The translations under genes were made by a program, and so were the position numbers. A model generated the notes under the pieces. That model saw nothing but the letters and a program-made list of their open reading frames with translations, was not told the DNA's origin and did not search any database. A stretch of DNA of 64,000 bases from an uncultured Bacteroidales bacterium (GTDB taxonomy: Bacteria; Bacteroidota; Bacteroidia; Bacteroidales; UBA12077). Positions 37,783-48,245 of the stretch are shown piece by piece. The DNA is taken from assembly GCA_964606845.1 (NCBI GenBank), contig CAZSIC010000002.1, forward strand, positions 17,609-81,608, in the 5' to 3' direction. The first letter of the stretch is position 1. The number at the start of each line of letters is the position of its first letter.

Positions 37783-39684
37783 ATGAAAAATTATACTGAA
37801 TATGTTAAAATTTTCTTTTCCCGCTTTTTCATCCTAATTACTCTTTTCATCTTATCGAGATTTATTTTTTATGTTTTTAATATCAATTATTTTGGCATAC
37901 TTGAAGCTACTGAGTTACTAAAAATATTTTTTTACGGAATACGGTTTGATATATCAGCACTCTTCTATTTTAATCTTCCTTTTATTATATTAAGCTTAAT
38001 ACCCGGTGATTTTAAACTAAAAAAATATTATCAAAAAACTTTACGTTTTCTTTTTGTGATTGTAAATGCAACCCTACTATCAGTAAATTTTGTTGATACA
38101 AAATTTTTTGAGTTTGAGCATAAACGATTAACATCGGATATATTTAACTCGATATGGTTAGGCGAAGATTTTTTTACTTTATTGCCTGCATTTATTAAAG
38201 ATTTCTGGTACTTAATCATTATATGGATTGTATTTATTTATGCATTAATCCGTTTTTATCCCAAAATTAAATTAAAAAGTTCTGCACGATCCCTTATTAG
38301 CAAAAAACAAATCATTGTTCAATCGTTGCTTTTTATTTTATTCATGGGGATTGGATTAATTGGAGGACGTGGAGGTCTACAGCTAAAGCCTTTACGTATA
38401 ATTCATGCTGCTAAATATACCAATGCTAAAAATATTCCAATTGTTTTAAACACACCCTTTACTATCATGAAATCTTTAGGTAGTAGTGCATTTGAAGTAA
38501 ATCAATATTTTGATCAAAATACACTCGATTCTATTTACACTCCTATTCATCATTATAAAAGTAAACAAAATACAAATCAACAAAATATTGTTCTTATTAT
38601 TTTAGAAAGTTTCTCGAAAGAATATATCGGCTATTTTAATGATAATAAAGGATATACACCTTTTTTAGACTCGCTTTGCACCAACAGTTTAGTAAACACA
38701 AATGGATTTGCCAATGGGAAGCGATCCATCGAAGCAATGCCATCGATAATTGCAGGATTGCCAGCATTAACAGATAATCCTTATATTACTTCCCAGTTTT
38801 CGGCCAATAAAATTGATGCTATTCCCGCTTTATTAAGCGATTTAGGATATAGTACTGCTTTTTTTCATGGAGGCAAAAATGGAACCATGGGTTTTGACCA
38901 ATTTGGTAATATTGCTGGTTTTGATCAATATTTTGGTATGAACGAATACCCTTACGAATCACACTACGATGGCAATTGGGGCATATACGATGAAGAATAT
39001 TTACAATATTTTAAAAATCAGTTAGATAACTTTAAAAATCCTTTTTTTGCAACTATATTTACTTTAACTTCTCATCATCCATATCAAATCCCTGCTAAAT
39101 ACAAAGGCCAGTTTCCAAAAGGAAGTTTAAATATTCACGAAAGTATCGGATATACTGATTATGCATTAAAACAATTTTTTAAGGCTGCACAAAATACTAC
39201 CTGGTACGATAATACTTTATTTATTTTAGTTGCAGACCATACAGCGCAGGCAGAAAGTAAATATTATAAAAATAAATTGGGTAATTATGCCATACCTATT
39301 ATATTATATCACCCATCTGATAATAGAATTAAAGGTAATCGCAACCATATTGCTCAACAAACCGATTTATTACCTACAATTATGGATTATTGCGTGTATA
39401 ATAAACCTTTTATTGCATTTGGCAATAGTCTACTTACAGATACTGCCAATAATTTTACAGTAAATTATATAAACGGTATTTATCAGATTATTGAGGATGA
39501 TTACCTGCTGCAGTTTGATGGAAAACAATCCATTGCTTTTTACAATATTGCTCAGGACAGATTGCTTGAAAATAACCTGCTTTCATCTTCAAAAAATTAT
39601 CTTTATTACGAAAATAAGTTAAAAGCGATTATCCAATCGCACCAGGAACGGTTGAAGCAAAACCAGTTATCTGCAGAGAAATAA
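37783..39684 (+). CDS. LTA-synthase/sulfatase-family membrane phosphotransferase (paralog 2)
   Basis: Same architecture as 27640..29475: an N-terminal TM bundle, then ILESFSKEY, NGKRSIEAMPS and LVADHTAQ. Confidence 0.8.
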   Translation: MKNYTEYVKIFFSRFFILITLFILSRFIFYVFNINYFGILEATELLKIFFYGIRFDISALFYFNLPFIILSLIPGDFKLKKYYQKTLRFLFVIVNATLLSVNFVDTKFFEFEHKRLTSDIFNSIWLGEDFFTLLPAFIKDFWYLIIIWIVFIYALIRFYPKIKLKSSARSLISKKQIIVQSLLFILFMGIGLIGGRGGLQLKPLRIIHAAKYTNAKNIPIVLNTPFTIMKSLGSSAFEVNQYFDQNTLDSIYTPIHHYKSKQNTNQQNIVLIILESFSKEYIGYFNDNKGYTPFLDSLCTNSLVNTNGFANGKRSIEAMPSIIAGLPALTDNPYITSQFSANKIDAIPALLSDLGYSTAFFHGGKNGTMGFDQFGNIAGFDQYFGMNEYPYESHYDGNWGIYDEEYLQYFKNQLDNFKNPFFATIFTLTSHHPYQIPAKYKGQFPKGSLNIHESIGYTDYALKQFFKAAQNTTWYDNTLFILVADHTAQAESKYYKNKLGNYAIPIILYHPSDNRIKGNRNHIAQQTDLLPTIMDYCVYNKPFIAFGNSLLTDTANNFTVNYINGIYQIIEDDYLLQFDGKQSIAFYNIAQDRLLENNLLSSSKNYLYYENKLKAIIQSHQERLKQNQLSAEK

Positions 39685-39803
39685 AAAACTACACTTCAAT
39701 CTAAGCCATTTTTAATTCAATTTAATCAATTAAAATCTTTTACATTATTTAATTGAATGTTTAAAAAGATTACATTAACTTGGTATAATTTAAACGGCAT
39801 ATA

Positions 39804-40988
39804 ATGAAAGCTAAAGAATTTTTAAAAAAAGCCCATACTAAAATTAGTGATAATCCTTTATCCAGAATTCCTCAATCAGCAGAAAAATTAAGAAATAAAA
39901 GAAGTACAATATATGATATTCATTGCCACATTTTTGATAAAACTACCATAGTAAATAGCTACTTTTTGCTTCGTATCCTTGATAAGCTTGATGCAGAAAA
40001 AAAATTTGATGATATTCTCGATCATATTATTGATGTAAATAAAGATAATGAATTTGACGATCTGTTTGCAATTATGAATATGAACAGCATGAAAGAAATT
40101 CTTGAGCATTATTACAAACATTTTGCTTTACAAAAAAATATTATTTGCACGCCTTTAATGATGGACCTTGAAGAAGGGTGGTTTTTTAAAGCTAAAAAAT
40201 CACTCGATGAACAAATCGACGAATTAAAAAATTTAATGAATGAATACGCCATTTTGCCTTTTTTAGCTGTTGATCCAAGCAAAGCATAAAAAAATGGAAA
40301 AGATAATTTGTATCAGTTATTTTTAAAAGCTTTTACTCCAGATCATAACGGGAATCAATTTTTTGGGATAAAAATATATCCGGCACTAGGTTATCTTCCT
40401 TCTGACAAATGGTTATGGCCTGTTTATGAAATATGTGAGAAAAAAAATATTCCCGTTACAACCCATTGTGGAGGAACAATTATCAGAACCAATCGAAAAG
40501 ATTTAAAACTAGAAGGCTACCAGATTGTAAATGATGAAGTGGTATCGCTAAAATTAAATTTTGTTGAACCATCGGGTAAAAAACGGGCTGAATTTTTAAA
40601 CCACCCCAAATTATGGGAGCCTGTCCTGAAACAATATCCAAAACTTAAACTTAATTTAGGGCATTTCGGAGGTGGTGAGCAATGGAAAAATTTAGCAGAA
40701 ACCAGTTTCAATGAAATTATTAAAACCATTAACCGCCTAATGGGCTATGATAATGTATATGCTGACTTTTCTTTTAACCTGGCCGAAGATTGTTGCTTTG
40801 ATGTATTTTTAGATTATCTGCAAAATAATTATACGGTTAGGACCAAATCAATATATGGTACCGATTACTGGATGGTTTTAGCTGCCGGCAATTTTAAGAA
40901 AAATAATAAAGAATTTGTTAACCGCCTTGGCGAATATAAAAAATTACTTTTAAAACAAAATCCTGAAAAATTTTTATTTGAATCCTAA
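39804..40988 (+). pseudogene. Amidohydrolase-2 (PF04909-like) gene interrupted by one in-frame TAA at 40287-40289
   Basis: Track ORFs 39804..40289 and 40308..40988 are in the same frame. The first carries the HxH metal motif (YDIHCHIF). The second carries the remaining ligands (TTHCGG, GHFGG, GTDYW) but has no in-frame ATG, only TTG. The stop sits at the head of an A7 run. Confidence 0.55.
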
Positions 40989-40991
40989 ATC

Positions 40992-41702
40992 ATGATTATT
41001 AAATCTTCCAAAGGTACAAAAGTACATATTATTTTAGCAGGTATGACCAACTGCTATCTTATCCAAAAAGATGGAATTAATATCCTTGTAGACAGTGGTG
41101 TTGAAAAAAGTTATCGTAAGTTAAAAAAACAAATAACAATTATTTTAGGCTCCGACCCGATCATCAATTATCATCTACTAACCCACACCCATTATGACCA
41201 TGCCGGAAATTCGAACCGTATAAAAAAAGACTTTAATGCCCGGTTAGTAGTTCATGCAAACGAGGCTGAATGGGTTAAAAAAGGTTTTACCCGGTTACCC
41301 AAAGGGACATCATGGTTGTTTAAACTGATATCTAATTCAGGCAATCGTTTTGCAAGTTCAATTGGGAAATATCAACCTGCTATTCCTGATGTAATAATAG
41401 ATGGATTCGAAATGTTGGGCGAAAATCAAAATCTAAAAATCCTTCATACACCCGGACATACGATTGGTTCAGTAAGCTTGATTATTGATAATGAATTAGC
41501 GATTGTTGGTGATATTTTATTTGGAATTTTTAAAAACAAAATATTCCCTCCTTTTGCTGATGATGTTGATACGCTTTATAAAACCTGGGAATTGCTTCTT
41601 AGTACAAGATGTGAGCTATTTTTGCCCGGCCATGGCAAACCAGTAAAACTTGAAAAGTTAAAAAAACATTATTCACGTAAAATTCATAAAAGTAAAAAGT
41701 AA
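40992..41702 (+). CDS. MBL-fold metallo-hydrolase
   Basis: LTHTHYDHAGN (HxHxDH), TPGHTIGS and PGHG. Confidence 0.85.
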   Translation: MIIKSSKGTKVHIILAGMTNCYLIQKDGINILVDSGVEKSYRKLKKQITIILGSDPIINYHLLTHTHYDHAGNSNRIKKDFNARLVVHANEAEWVKKGFTRLPKGTSWLFKLISNSGNRFASSIGKYQPAIPDVIIDGFEMLGENQNLKILHTPGHTIGSVSLIIDNELAIVGDILFGIFKNKIFPPFADDVDTLYKTWELLLSTRCELFLPGHGKPVKLEKLKKHYSRKIHKSKK

Positions 41703-41731
41703 AGGTACATTAGAAAAACCCTAATGCACCT
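41703..41731. terminator. Probable bidirectional terminator
   Basis: The stem AGGTACATTAG (41703-41713) pairs with CTAATGCACCT (41721-41731) at 10 of 11 positions. T-rich tracts flank both sides. Confidence 0.55.
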
Positions 41732-41739
41732 TTAAATTT

Positions 41740-41955
41740 TTAATGTTGACCCTCGTACTTAAACGATACTTTAACTTTTGCTCTGTAAGCCTCAACTTTG
41801 CCATCTCCAATTTGCATGTCCAGCTGAGAAATTTCAGCAATACGAAGATCTCGTAAGCTTTCGGATGCTTTTTTAACTGCATTGGTAGCAGCTTTTTCCC
41901 ACGATTCGGTGCTGGTACCTACAAGCTCAATAATTTTATAAACATTGTCTGGCAT
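41740..41955 (-). CDS. Dodecin-family flavin-binding protein
   Basis: 71 aa: VYKIIELVGTSTESWEKAATNAV...AEISQLDMQI..GKV..YRAKVKVSFKYE. Confidence 0.85.
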   Translation of the reverse strand: MPDNVYKIIELVGTSTESWEKAATNAVKKASESLRDLRIAEISQLDMQIGDGKVEAYRAKVKVSFKYEGQH

Positions 41956-42092
41956 AAAACCTCCTGCTTTATAGTTAAAAATTATAAATATTGATTACTA
42001 TAAATTTATGAATTAATAGAGGTTTTGTCAATTATTTTATCAAAAATTGATAGATGGAAATTAAATTAATTCATTGATTCAAAAACTCAAAT

Positions 42093-42698
42093 CTAATGTT
42101 TTGCAGCTAGTACTCTTATAACCTCAGCATTTCCCTGATGATATGTTCCCTCTGAAAGATATGTAGTAGTTTTTTCCAATATTTTAATATTAAGTCCTTT
42201 AAAATCGTTTTTTAACTCATCTACGGAATAAAGCATATCCAAATTTTTGGGGCCACCAGATTGATTATAAATTTGTTCTTTGGCAAAGACTTCCAACAAT
42301 ATATGCCCGCCAACATTCAAATACTCCAAAAGTTTTTTATGAAATGCTTTTCTTGCCTCTGGCTTTAAATGTAAAAATATAATTGAGATCAAATCAAATT
42401 TTTGATCTGATTCAAAATCATCAACAGTGTGTAGATCATAACGAATCGAAACATTATTTTTTTGGGCAAGTTTAAGGGCTTTCTTTCTGGCTATGGTACT
42501 TGAATCAAAAGCCGTAACATGCCAATCTGATTTTGCAGCAAAAACAGCATTTCGGCCTTCACCATCGCCCGGGAGTAGTAATTTCCCGGGTTTATTTGCA
42601 TGGATAAAATCTTTTAAAAAAAGATTTGGCTCCGTTCCATAAATATATTCGTTGCTGCTATATCGTTTATCCCATTCATTATGCATATGAATCATCAT
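42093..42698 (-). CDS. Class I SAM-dependent methyltransferase (TehB/TPMT-like)
   Basis: Motif I LLPGDGEGRNAVF, then FDLISIIFLHL. Confidence 0.75.
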   Translation of the reverse strand: MMIHMHNEWDKRYSSNEYIYGTEPNLFLKDFIHANKPGKLLLPGDGEGRNAVFAAKSDWHVTAFDSSTIARKKALKLAQKNNVSIRYDLHTVDDFESDQKFDLISIIFLHLKPEARKAFHKKLLEYLNVGGHILLEVFAKEQIYNQSGGPKNLDMLYSVDELKNDFKGLNIKILEKTTTYLSEGTYHQGNAEVIRVLAAKH

Positions 42699-42716
42699 TT
42701 TTACAGAAGAACCATT

Positions 42717-45700
42717 TTATTGTGCTTTTTGTTCATTCCCTCCTTTTTCTGTTTCTGTTTCAGCTTCTTCTTTTTTTTCTTCTTCTGCAGATTTTTCGTT
42801 TTCTTCATCCTCTTCAGGTTCTTCTTTTTTATCCTGCTGATCTTTTTCTAATTGTTCCTGCTTTTTCCTTTCTTCTTCAGCAGCCTGGGCTTCTTCAAAC
42901 AATCTCATATTTCGTAAAAACTGGGATAAATTTTGATCCGTGGCAACAATATAACGATAAGGCGTTTCGCCACGCTTGGTTCTTAATTTACGTTTACGGT
43001 TTCTTATCTCTTTTATTGCATCCAGAAATTTGTCATTATTCGTAAGGGTTTGCATAACGCCACGTGAATATGAAAAGTAGTAATAGTGATCGTTCGGTAG
43101 CTTAAAATAAAATTTCATCAAATCGCCACTTCTACGTTTTATCAACTGGAAATAACCTTCTACATATTTATTTACAGGCTGGTTATTAATTGTTGCTATC
43201 CCTATTTTTCCATAGTTCAGATATGAACCTAATTCTGTATACCATTTTAATTTTAAATTACCTATAAGCATGGTATGTTTTGCCGATTTAGGTATTTCAG
43301 CCTCATCGGCATAAAGCATTAATTGATTGTTAAATTCGTTATAATCTTTTTCACCAATAATTTCGGTAAGGTATTTTTTAAAAAACGGAGAAGTGATACT
43401 CATCGGATCAAGCCCTTTGGCTGAATTAATATCTTCTAAAAGTGAATCTAAAGCTGCATCAGAGAAAAAGAAATCGATTGGAAAAACAATTTCCAGTTTT
43501 ATATCATTTTCATCCAGCTTATTATTAAACAATCCGGCGGGATTAAATTTTATTTGTCCCAGGTCTATTCCTAAATTAATTAATCCTTCGCCATGATATA
43601 AACAATAGTCTTTATGTAAATCGACTAAACTACCAGTAGTATCTGGTTTTAAAAATTTTGTTTTATCGGCTACAATATATTTGTTTGCATTTTTATCATA
43701 ATGCAGGTATCCATAAGCTTTAACAATTGGCTCGTCGTTAGGATCGCGCCTTTGCGATAAAAAAGTAGTATAAATATGCGATGAATCTTTAGTAATAAAT
43801 GGTGATGTATATAAACCTCTTCCGGTGGTATTATTTAATCCTTCAGGAACAGGAATATAAATACTATCGGGATTAATTTCTGATTCGAAATAAACCAGTT
43901 CATTAGGAATTAACGGGCAGTCCTGATCAATTCTCACACCACCTCTAAAAGTAAGAAAACGCTGCGCAGCATTTAGCTCCACATTTCCACGATAGTTGTA
44001 AACCGGACTAAGCGTAAAGTCTTGTTCTTTTTCAATCTCTCCAAGTGCTTTGGTTTGTAAAGTGGTATCAACAAAAATATTATCAAAATGAATTACCTGT
44101 GTCTGATTGTTTTCATCAATATAATCGTAATCGCCTGTTCCTAAGAAATCATTTCTTGCTTTAATATTTAATTTAGCGTGATAAATTTTATGATATCTGC
44201 TATCTGTATTAGCAACTATTTCGGCATCGACCAGCGTTTTCATTTTAGCTTGATAACCAATGGTAACGTCCCCTTCTTTTGGGAATACTAATGCATCGGC
44301 AACTTTAATATAATCAACTTCTGTAGCTTTTATTGTGCTATCTTGCAAACGGTAAACAGCTTTTGTCGAAGCAAATCGTAACGAATCCTGGCTAAGATGT
44401 GTGGACATATACAATGCGCCAGGCAAATTATCATCTTTTAATTCAGCAAGTTTTTGAATATCATCAGAAGCTGTTGCATCAACCTGTGGGCTAGATTCAA
44501 TTTCTATTTCATCTTTTACCATATCCCAGTTAAACTGATCAAGGTAACTGATATATAAATTCTTTGGGAATTGCGCTTTGGTAAATGATTCATTCGACTC
44601 AAAAGCACCTGCCTTAGCAGTAAAATCTATTTCTCCGTTAAGATTTTCGGTGATAAAATTAAACTCTTTTTTATCGATCGATTTTAAATTAAAACTTGTA
44701 GTATCTGAATTAAAAGCATTAGCTTCAAAATTAAACTGATTAGAGCGCAATGTTGCTTTTTCCAAATCCATCGTTCCCTGCCCTGTAAGTCCAATAGGTT
44801 TAATGGTTAATGATCCGGAAAAATGCGATTCCGGATTATACATATTAAATGGCTCATCGGTTTGATCTGCATACATCACATCATTGTAAGGATACCATTT
44901 AATATCAACTTCTTGTGCTTTTAAATTTGGAAACTCGATACCTGAAGTTCTTTGGGCTAAAGTAAAATCGTAAGCATGGATTTTTGTTGAATCGGGATAA
45001 AAAATAATACTGTCGGTTTTAGCTGTTGAAGTTAAATATTCTAACGTACCTGAACCTCTTAACCCTCTGTTACTTAGATCAATTTTATTGAAGTATTTTC
45101 CTTTTCCTTCGTAGAGCGGAAAACCTTCGTCAGGAGTATTTCTTTCAAACCCTAATGAATAATCAGGACGCATATAAATAGCATCGTCGAAAGGTGGAAA
45201 AATATTGGCAGAATAAAACCTGCCATCGAAACGCAAACCTTTGGTTGTAAAATTATCCAGACTATCAATGGTAAAGGGTTCTAACTCAAAATAAAAATTT
45301 TCTCTTTTATATACGCCTTTTTGTATGCTGTAATTATCATAATATACAAAAGAATTTTCATGACTGTTAAAAACAGGATACTCAGGAAAATTTTGTAATC
45401 CTGATTTATTACCCGGATGATCGATAAGCAAATTTCCGGTAACATTTTCGATTGTGTTTTTTACATTTGCCAGTATAGCCCGGTTATACAAATCAAACTC
45501 TTCGGTTTGTACCTGTATACTCAACGAATCGATATTATTTAAATTAATTTTAAAGGTATCATACTCGAAATAAAATTCATCGCCATAAAATGTAAATAAC
45601 CCGGCATCTACAACTCCTCCAAAACTAAAATCCCTGTTTTTTTTCATTACAATTTGTCTTTGTTTAGGATAAATAGCAACATTTTGTGAGTCGGAAAGGA

Positions 45701-47381
45701 ATATTCTTGGTACACCATTAATTATCAAGTCTTTATTAGATAAATCTATAACTCCATTATGAGTTAATCCACTAGTTTCTGAATTAAATTTCATTACATC
45801 ATAGTCAATTCTTCCAAAACGAGCTTGAACATAATCGTATAGTTTTGGATTAATGGTTGCTATATCATTATCAGTGTCGTAAAATAAAAATCCATCAACA
45901 CTTAAAAACATTAGCATTTGTTTTATTTGATATACATCGTAACTTAGAAATTGAGATAAATTAGCGGCACTAAATGATTGTTTGTTTATTTTTTCTGCAT
46001 ATCTTTTAATCGCGAGCAACGGGTGAAAATCATCTCTCAGCATTATTTTTTCAAACTCAATAAGGTTATAAAAATTTGAAGAAGTAAAGGTTGCATTTCC
46101 AATATCAGCACCGCGCCTTTTTGTCAGATAAATTTTATCATCATCAATATTCCAAAGTAGCCGGTCGAAATTCATTGATATTTCGTGATAAGAATCATAA
46201 TATGGACTTTTGGAAACAATTCTGTCTGATGGCGATAAGGAAACTTCGTTTTGTTTAGCTATAAAAGAAAACATGATACCCGGATGATAAATTGAATCGT
46301 TATCAAAATTAATGGTAACCTGTGCATCATTTGATACCACTCTGTTTTTTCCAAACATAAAAGTTTCTGCCAAAGCTTTTAAAATGGTTTTGTCCTCTTT
46401 TCTTATCTTTAAAAAAGCTTCATTATTCAGGTCTCCAGAACCTAATAAATTTGCTCCTTTCATCGAAAAACCACCATCATAATCAATTCCGGGAAAAATA
46501 TTTTCAATTTTAAAACGTTTTTGGTAAGAGTTAAATTCAGGATATACAGCCCTTTCAGCTTTAATTATATGAGTAACCTGATCGGACAACTGCCCTAAAA
46601 TAGGCTGGTCAAAATATAGTTTATTTACGAATAGAGCAGAATCAGCTTTATAACCTGATTTTGAAAGATCAATGGTATAATTATTCAACGCTGCATAAAC
46701 TTCATTTTCTGAGTAACCAGCTCTTTCCCATGAAACGACACCACCTTTTCCTTTCCATCGATTGGTTAGTGGAAAAAAATCTCCGCTTGTTTCATCAATT
46801 GAAATAGTGTCTGTTTTTATTTTACAATAAAGCCCTGTTTTTTCAAAAACAAACTTTAATTCTTCTTCGCTTAAAATTTTATAATTTTTTTTGGTTACAT
46901 ACCAGCTAGTTGCATAAGTTCCATAAATACTATTTTCTGTTATTAGCGATTTGGTGTTATCAAAATAGTTTGTTACCAGACGAAGTGGTTTTTTTTCATT
47001 TTCAAAAAGATAAATCAATCCTTTTTCCCAGTCATCATAATTATTCATGTCAGGCTCAGAAGTATGAAAGGCCATGACCAAATCAAAATATTTTGTGAAA
47101 TGTGGGTTTCTGCGTGCTTTTTTTTGAAGCATTAAATTACAAACATCAATAAAACGGGTTTTTATCTCATCGCTATAATATCCAGTATTCCATCGATCGA
47201 TAAATACATCAAGGCTATCTTCCTGTTCTTCGGATATGTTCCGTTTAACAAATTCTTCAAACTGTGCAATAAATTGCGCAGTATCGGTTTTGAATTCGTT
47301 TAAATCCTGAGCTAAAAGAGAATTTAAAGCGGTTAAACTAAAAAACAGGATTAGGATTATAGTGATCGATATCTTTTTCAT
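42717..47381 (-). CDS. Very large (1554 aa) secreted protein of unknown function with an acidic/Lys-rich C-terminal tail
   Basis: An uninterrupted ORF with a signal peptide (ILILFFSLTALNSLLAQ), a long beta-rich body and a final ~70 aa of E/K/Q low complexity. I recognise no motif. Confidence 0.8.
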   Translation of the reverse strand: MKKISITIILILFFSLTALNSLLAQDLNEFKTDTAQFIAQFEEFVKRNISEEQEDSLDVFIDRWNTGYYSDEIKTRFIDVCNLMLQKKARRNPHFTKYFDLVMAFHTSEPDMNNYDDWEKGLIYLFENEKKPLRLVTNYFDNTKSLITENSIYGTYATSWYVTKKNYKILSEEELKFVFEKTGLYCKIKTDTISIDETSGDFFPLTNRWKGKGGVVSWERAGYSENEVYAALNNYTIDLSKSGYKADSALFVNKLYFDQPILGQLSDQVTHIIKAERAVYPEFNSYQKRFKIENIFPGIDYDGGFSMKGANLLGSGDLNNEAFLKIRKEDKTILKALAETFMFGKNRVVSNDAQVTINFDNDSIYHPGIMFSFIAKQNEVSLSPSDRIVSKSPYYDSYHEISMNFDRLLWNIDDDKIYLTKRRGADIGNATFTSSNFYNLIEFEKIMLRDDFHPLLAIKRYAEKINKQSFSAANLSQFLSYDVYQIKQMLMFLSVDGFLFYDTDNDIATINPKLYDYVQARFGRIDYDVMKFNSETSGLTHNGVIDLSNKDLIINGVPRIFLSDSQNVAIYPKQRQIVMKKNRDFSFGGVVDAGLFTFYGDEFYFEYDTFKINLNNIDSLSIQVQTEEFDLYNRAILANVKNTIENVTGNLLIDHPGNKSGLQNFPEYPVFNSHENSFVYYDNYSIQKGVYKRENFYFELEPFTIDSLDNFTTKGLRFDGRFYSANIFPPFDDAIYMRPDYSLGFERNTPDEGFPLYEGKGKYFNKIDLSNRGLRGSGTLEYLTSTAKTDSIIFYPDSTKIHAYDFTLAQRTSGIEFPNLKAQEVDIKWYPYNDVMYADQTDEPFNMYNPESHFSGSLTIKPIGLTGQGTMDLEKATLRSNQFNFEANAFNSDTTSFNLKSIDKKEFNFITENLNGEIDFTAKAGAFESNESFTKAQFPKNLYISYLDQFNWDMVKDEIEIESSPQVDATASDDIQKLAELKDDNLPGALYMSTHLSQDSLRFASTKAVYRLQDSTIKATEVDYIKVADALVFPKEGDVTIGYQAKMKTLVDAEIVANTDSRYHKIYHAKLNIKARNDFLGTGDYDYIDENNQTQVIHFDNIFVDTTLQTKALGEIEKEQDFTLSPVYNYRGNVELNAAQRFLTFRGGVRIDQDCPLIPNELVYFESEINPDSIYIPVPEGLNNTTGRGLYTSPFITKDSSHIYTTFLSQRRDPNDEPIVKAYGYLHYDKNANKYIVADKTKFLKPDTTGSLVDLHKDYCLYHGEGLINLGIDLGQIKFNPAGLFNNKLDENDIKLEIVFPIDFFFSDAALDSLLEDINSAKGLDPMSITSPFFKKYLTEIIGEKDYNEFNNQLMLYADEAEIPKSAKHTMLIGNLKLKWYTELGSYLNYGKIGIATINNQPVNKYVEGYFQLIKRRSGDLMKFYFKLPNDHYYYFSYSRGVMQTLTNNDKFLDAIKEIRNRKRKLRTKRGETPYRYIVATDQNLSQFLRNMRLFEEAQAAEEERKKQEQLEKDQQDKKEEPEEDEENEKSAEEEKKEEAETETEKGGNEQKAQ

Positions 47382-47397
47382 TGTTCTCTGGTTTTAA

Positions 47398-48237
47398 TTA
47401 ATCTTTATGAAATAATGCTGCTACCCAGTTATGTTTTTCTTTGTGTTTTATATATTTTAATTGATGGTCTTCTGCTTCGTCTCTAATCATCTGTAAATCC
47501 CTGTCGTATAATCCACTTAATAATAAGATACCATTATTTTTTAAAACACGAGCATATTTTGTAATATCACTCATTAAAATGTTACGATTAATATTTGCCA
47601 AAATAAGGTCAAACGCTTGATTTGTTAATAATTCAGCATCACCTTGTAATACCTTAATATCTGTACACTTATTTTTTTCAGTATTTTCGAGGGTATTGGT
47701 ATAAGCCCATTCATTAATATCAATGGCGGTTACCTCTTTTGCTCCTTTTAATTTTGCCAAAATAGCAAGCACTCCAGTTCCGCATCCCATATCGAGCACC
47801 GTTTTATTTTCGAAATCAAGCCCAAGCATCGTTTTTAACATCAGGTAAGTTGTTTCGTGATGGCCTGTACCGAATGACATTTTAGGCTCAATGATAATTT
47901 CGTATTTTAGCTTAGGTGTTTCGCTATGAAACGGGGCCCTTATAATACACTGGTCATCAACAACAATAGGTTCAAAACTTTTTTCCCAAACTTCGTTCCA
48001 GTTTTGAGTTTTAATGATCTGCCAGGTATAATTGATATTACAATCTGGCAAATTATTAACCTGTAACTTTTTTACAGTTTCGAAATCAAAAAATTTTTCA
48101 AGAATATATGCCTTCAATCCATCATCTACTTCATCGTAACTTTCATATCCTATATCGTTTAATTCGGCAATAAGGATTTCCGTTGCCATATCCCGATTCT
48201 CAGCATCAATTCGGCAATTCAGTTCAATATAATCCAT
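47398..48237 (-). CDS. prmA: Ribosomal protein L11 methyltransferase
   Basis: FGTGHHETT, DMGCGTGVLAI and ANINRN motifs. Confidence 0.9.
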   Translation of the reverse strand: MDYIELNCRIDAENRDMATEILIAELNDIGYESYDEVDDGLKAYILEKFFDFETVKKLQVNNLPDCNINYTWQIIKTQNWNEVWEKSFEPIVVDDQCIIRAPFHSETPKLKYEIIIEPKMSFGTGHHETTYLMLKTMLGLDFENKTVLDMGCGTGVLAILAKLKGAKEVTAIDINEWAYTNTLENTEKNKCTDIKVLQGDAELLTNQAFDLILANINRNILMSDITKYARVLKNNGILLLSGLYDRDLQMIRDEAEDHQLKYIKHKEKHNWVAALFHKD

Positions 48238-48245
48238 TGTTTTAT

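Noticed and set aside
40287-40289. The in-frame stop in the amidohydrolase as a selenocysteine or pyrrolysine recoding site.
   Set aside because: The codon is TAA, not TGA or TAG. TAA is used as an ordinary stop by many neighbouring genes, so an alternative genetic code or Sec/Pyl insertion is not supported.
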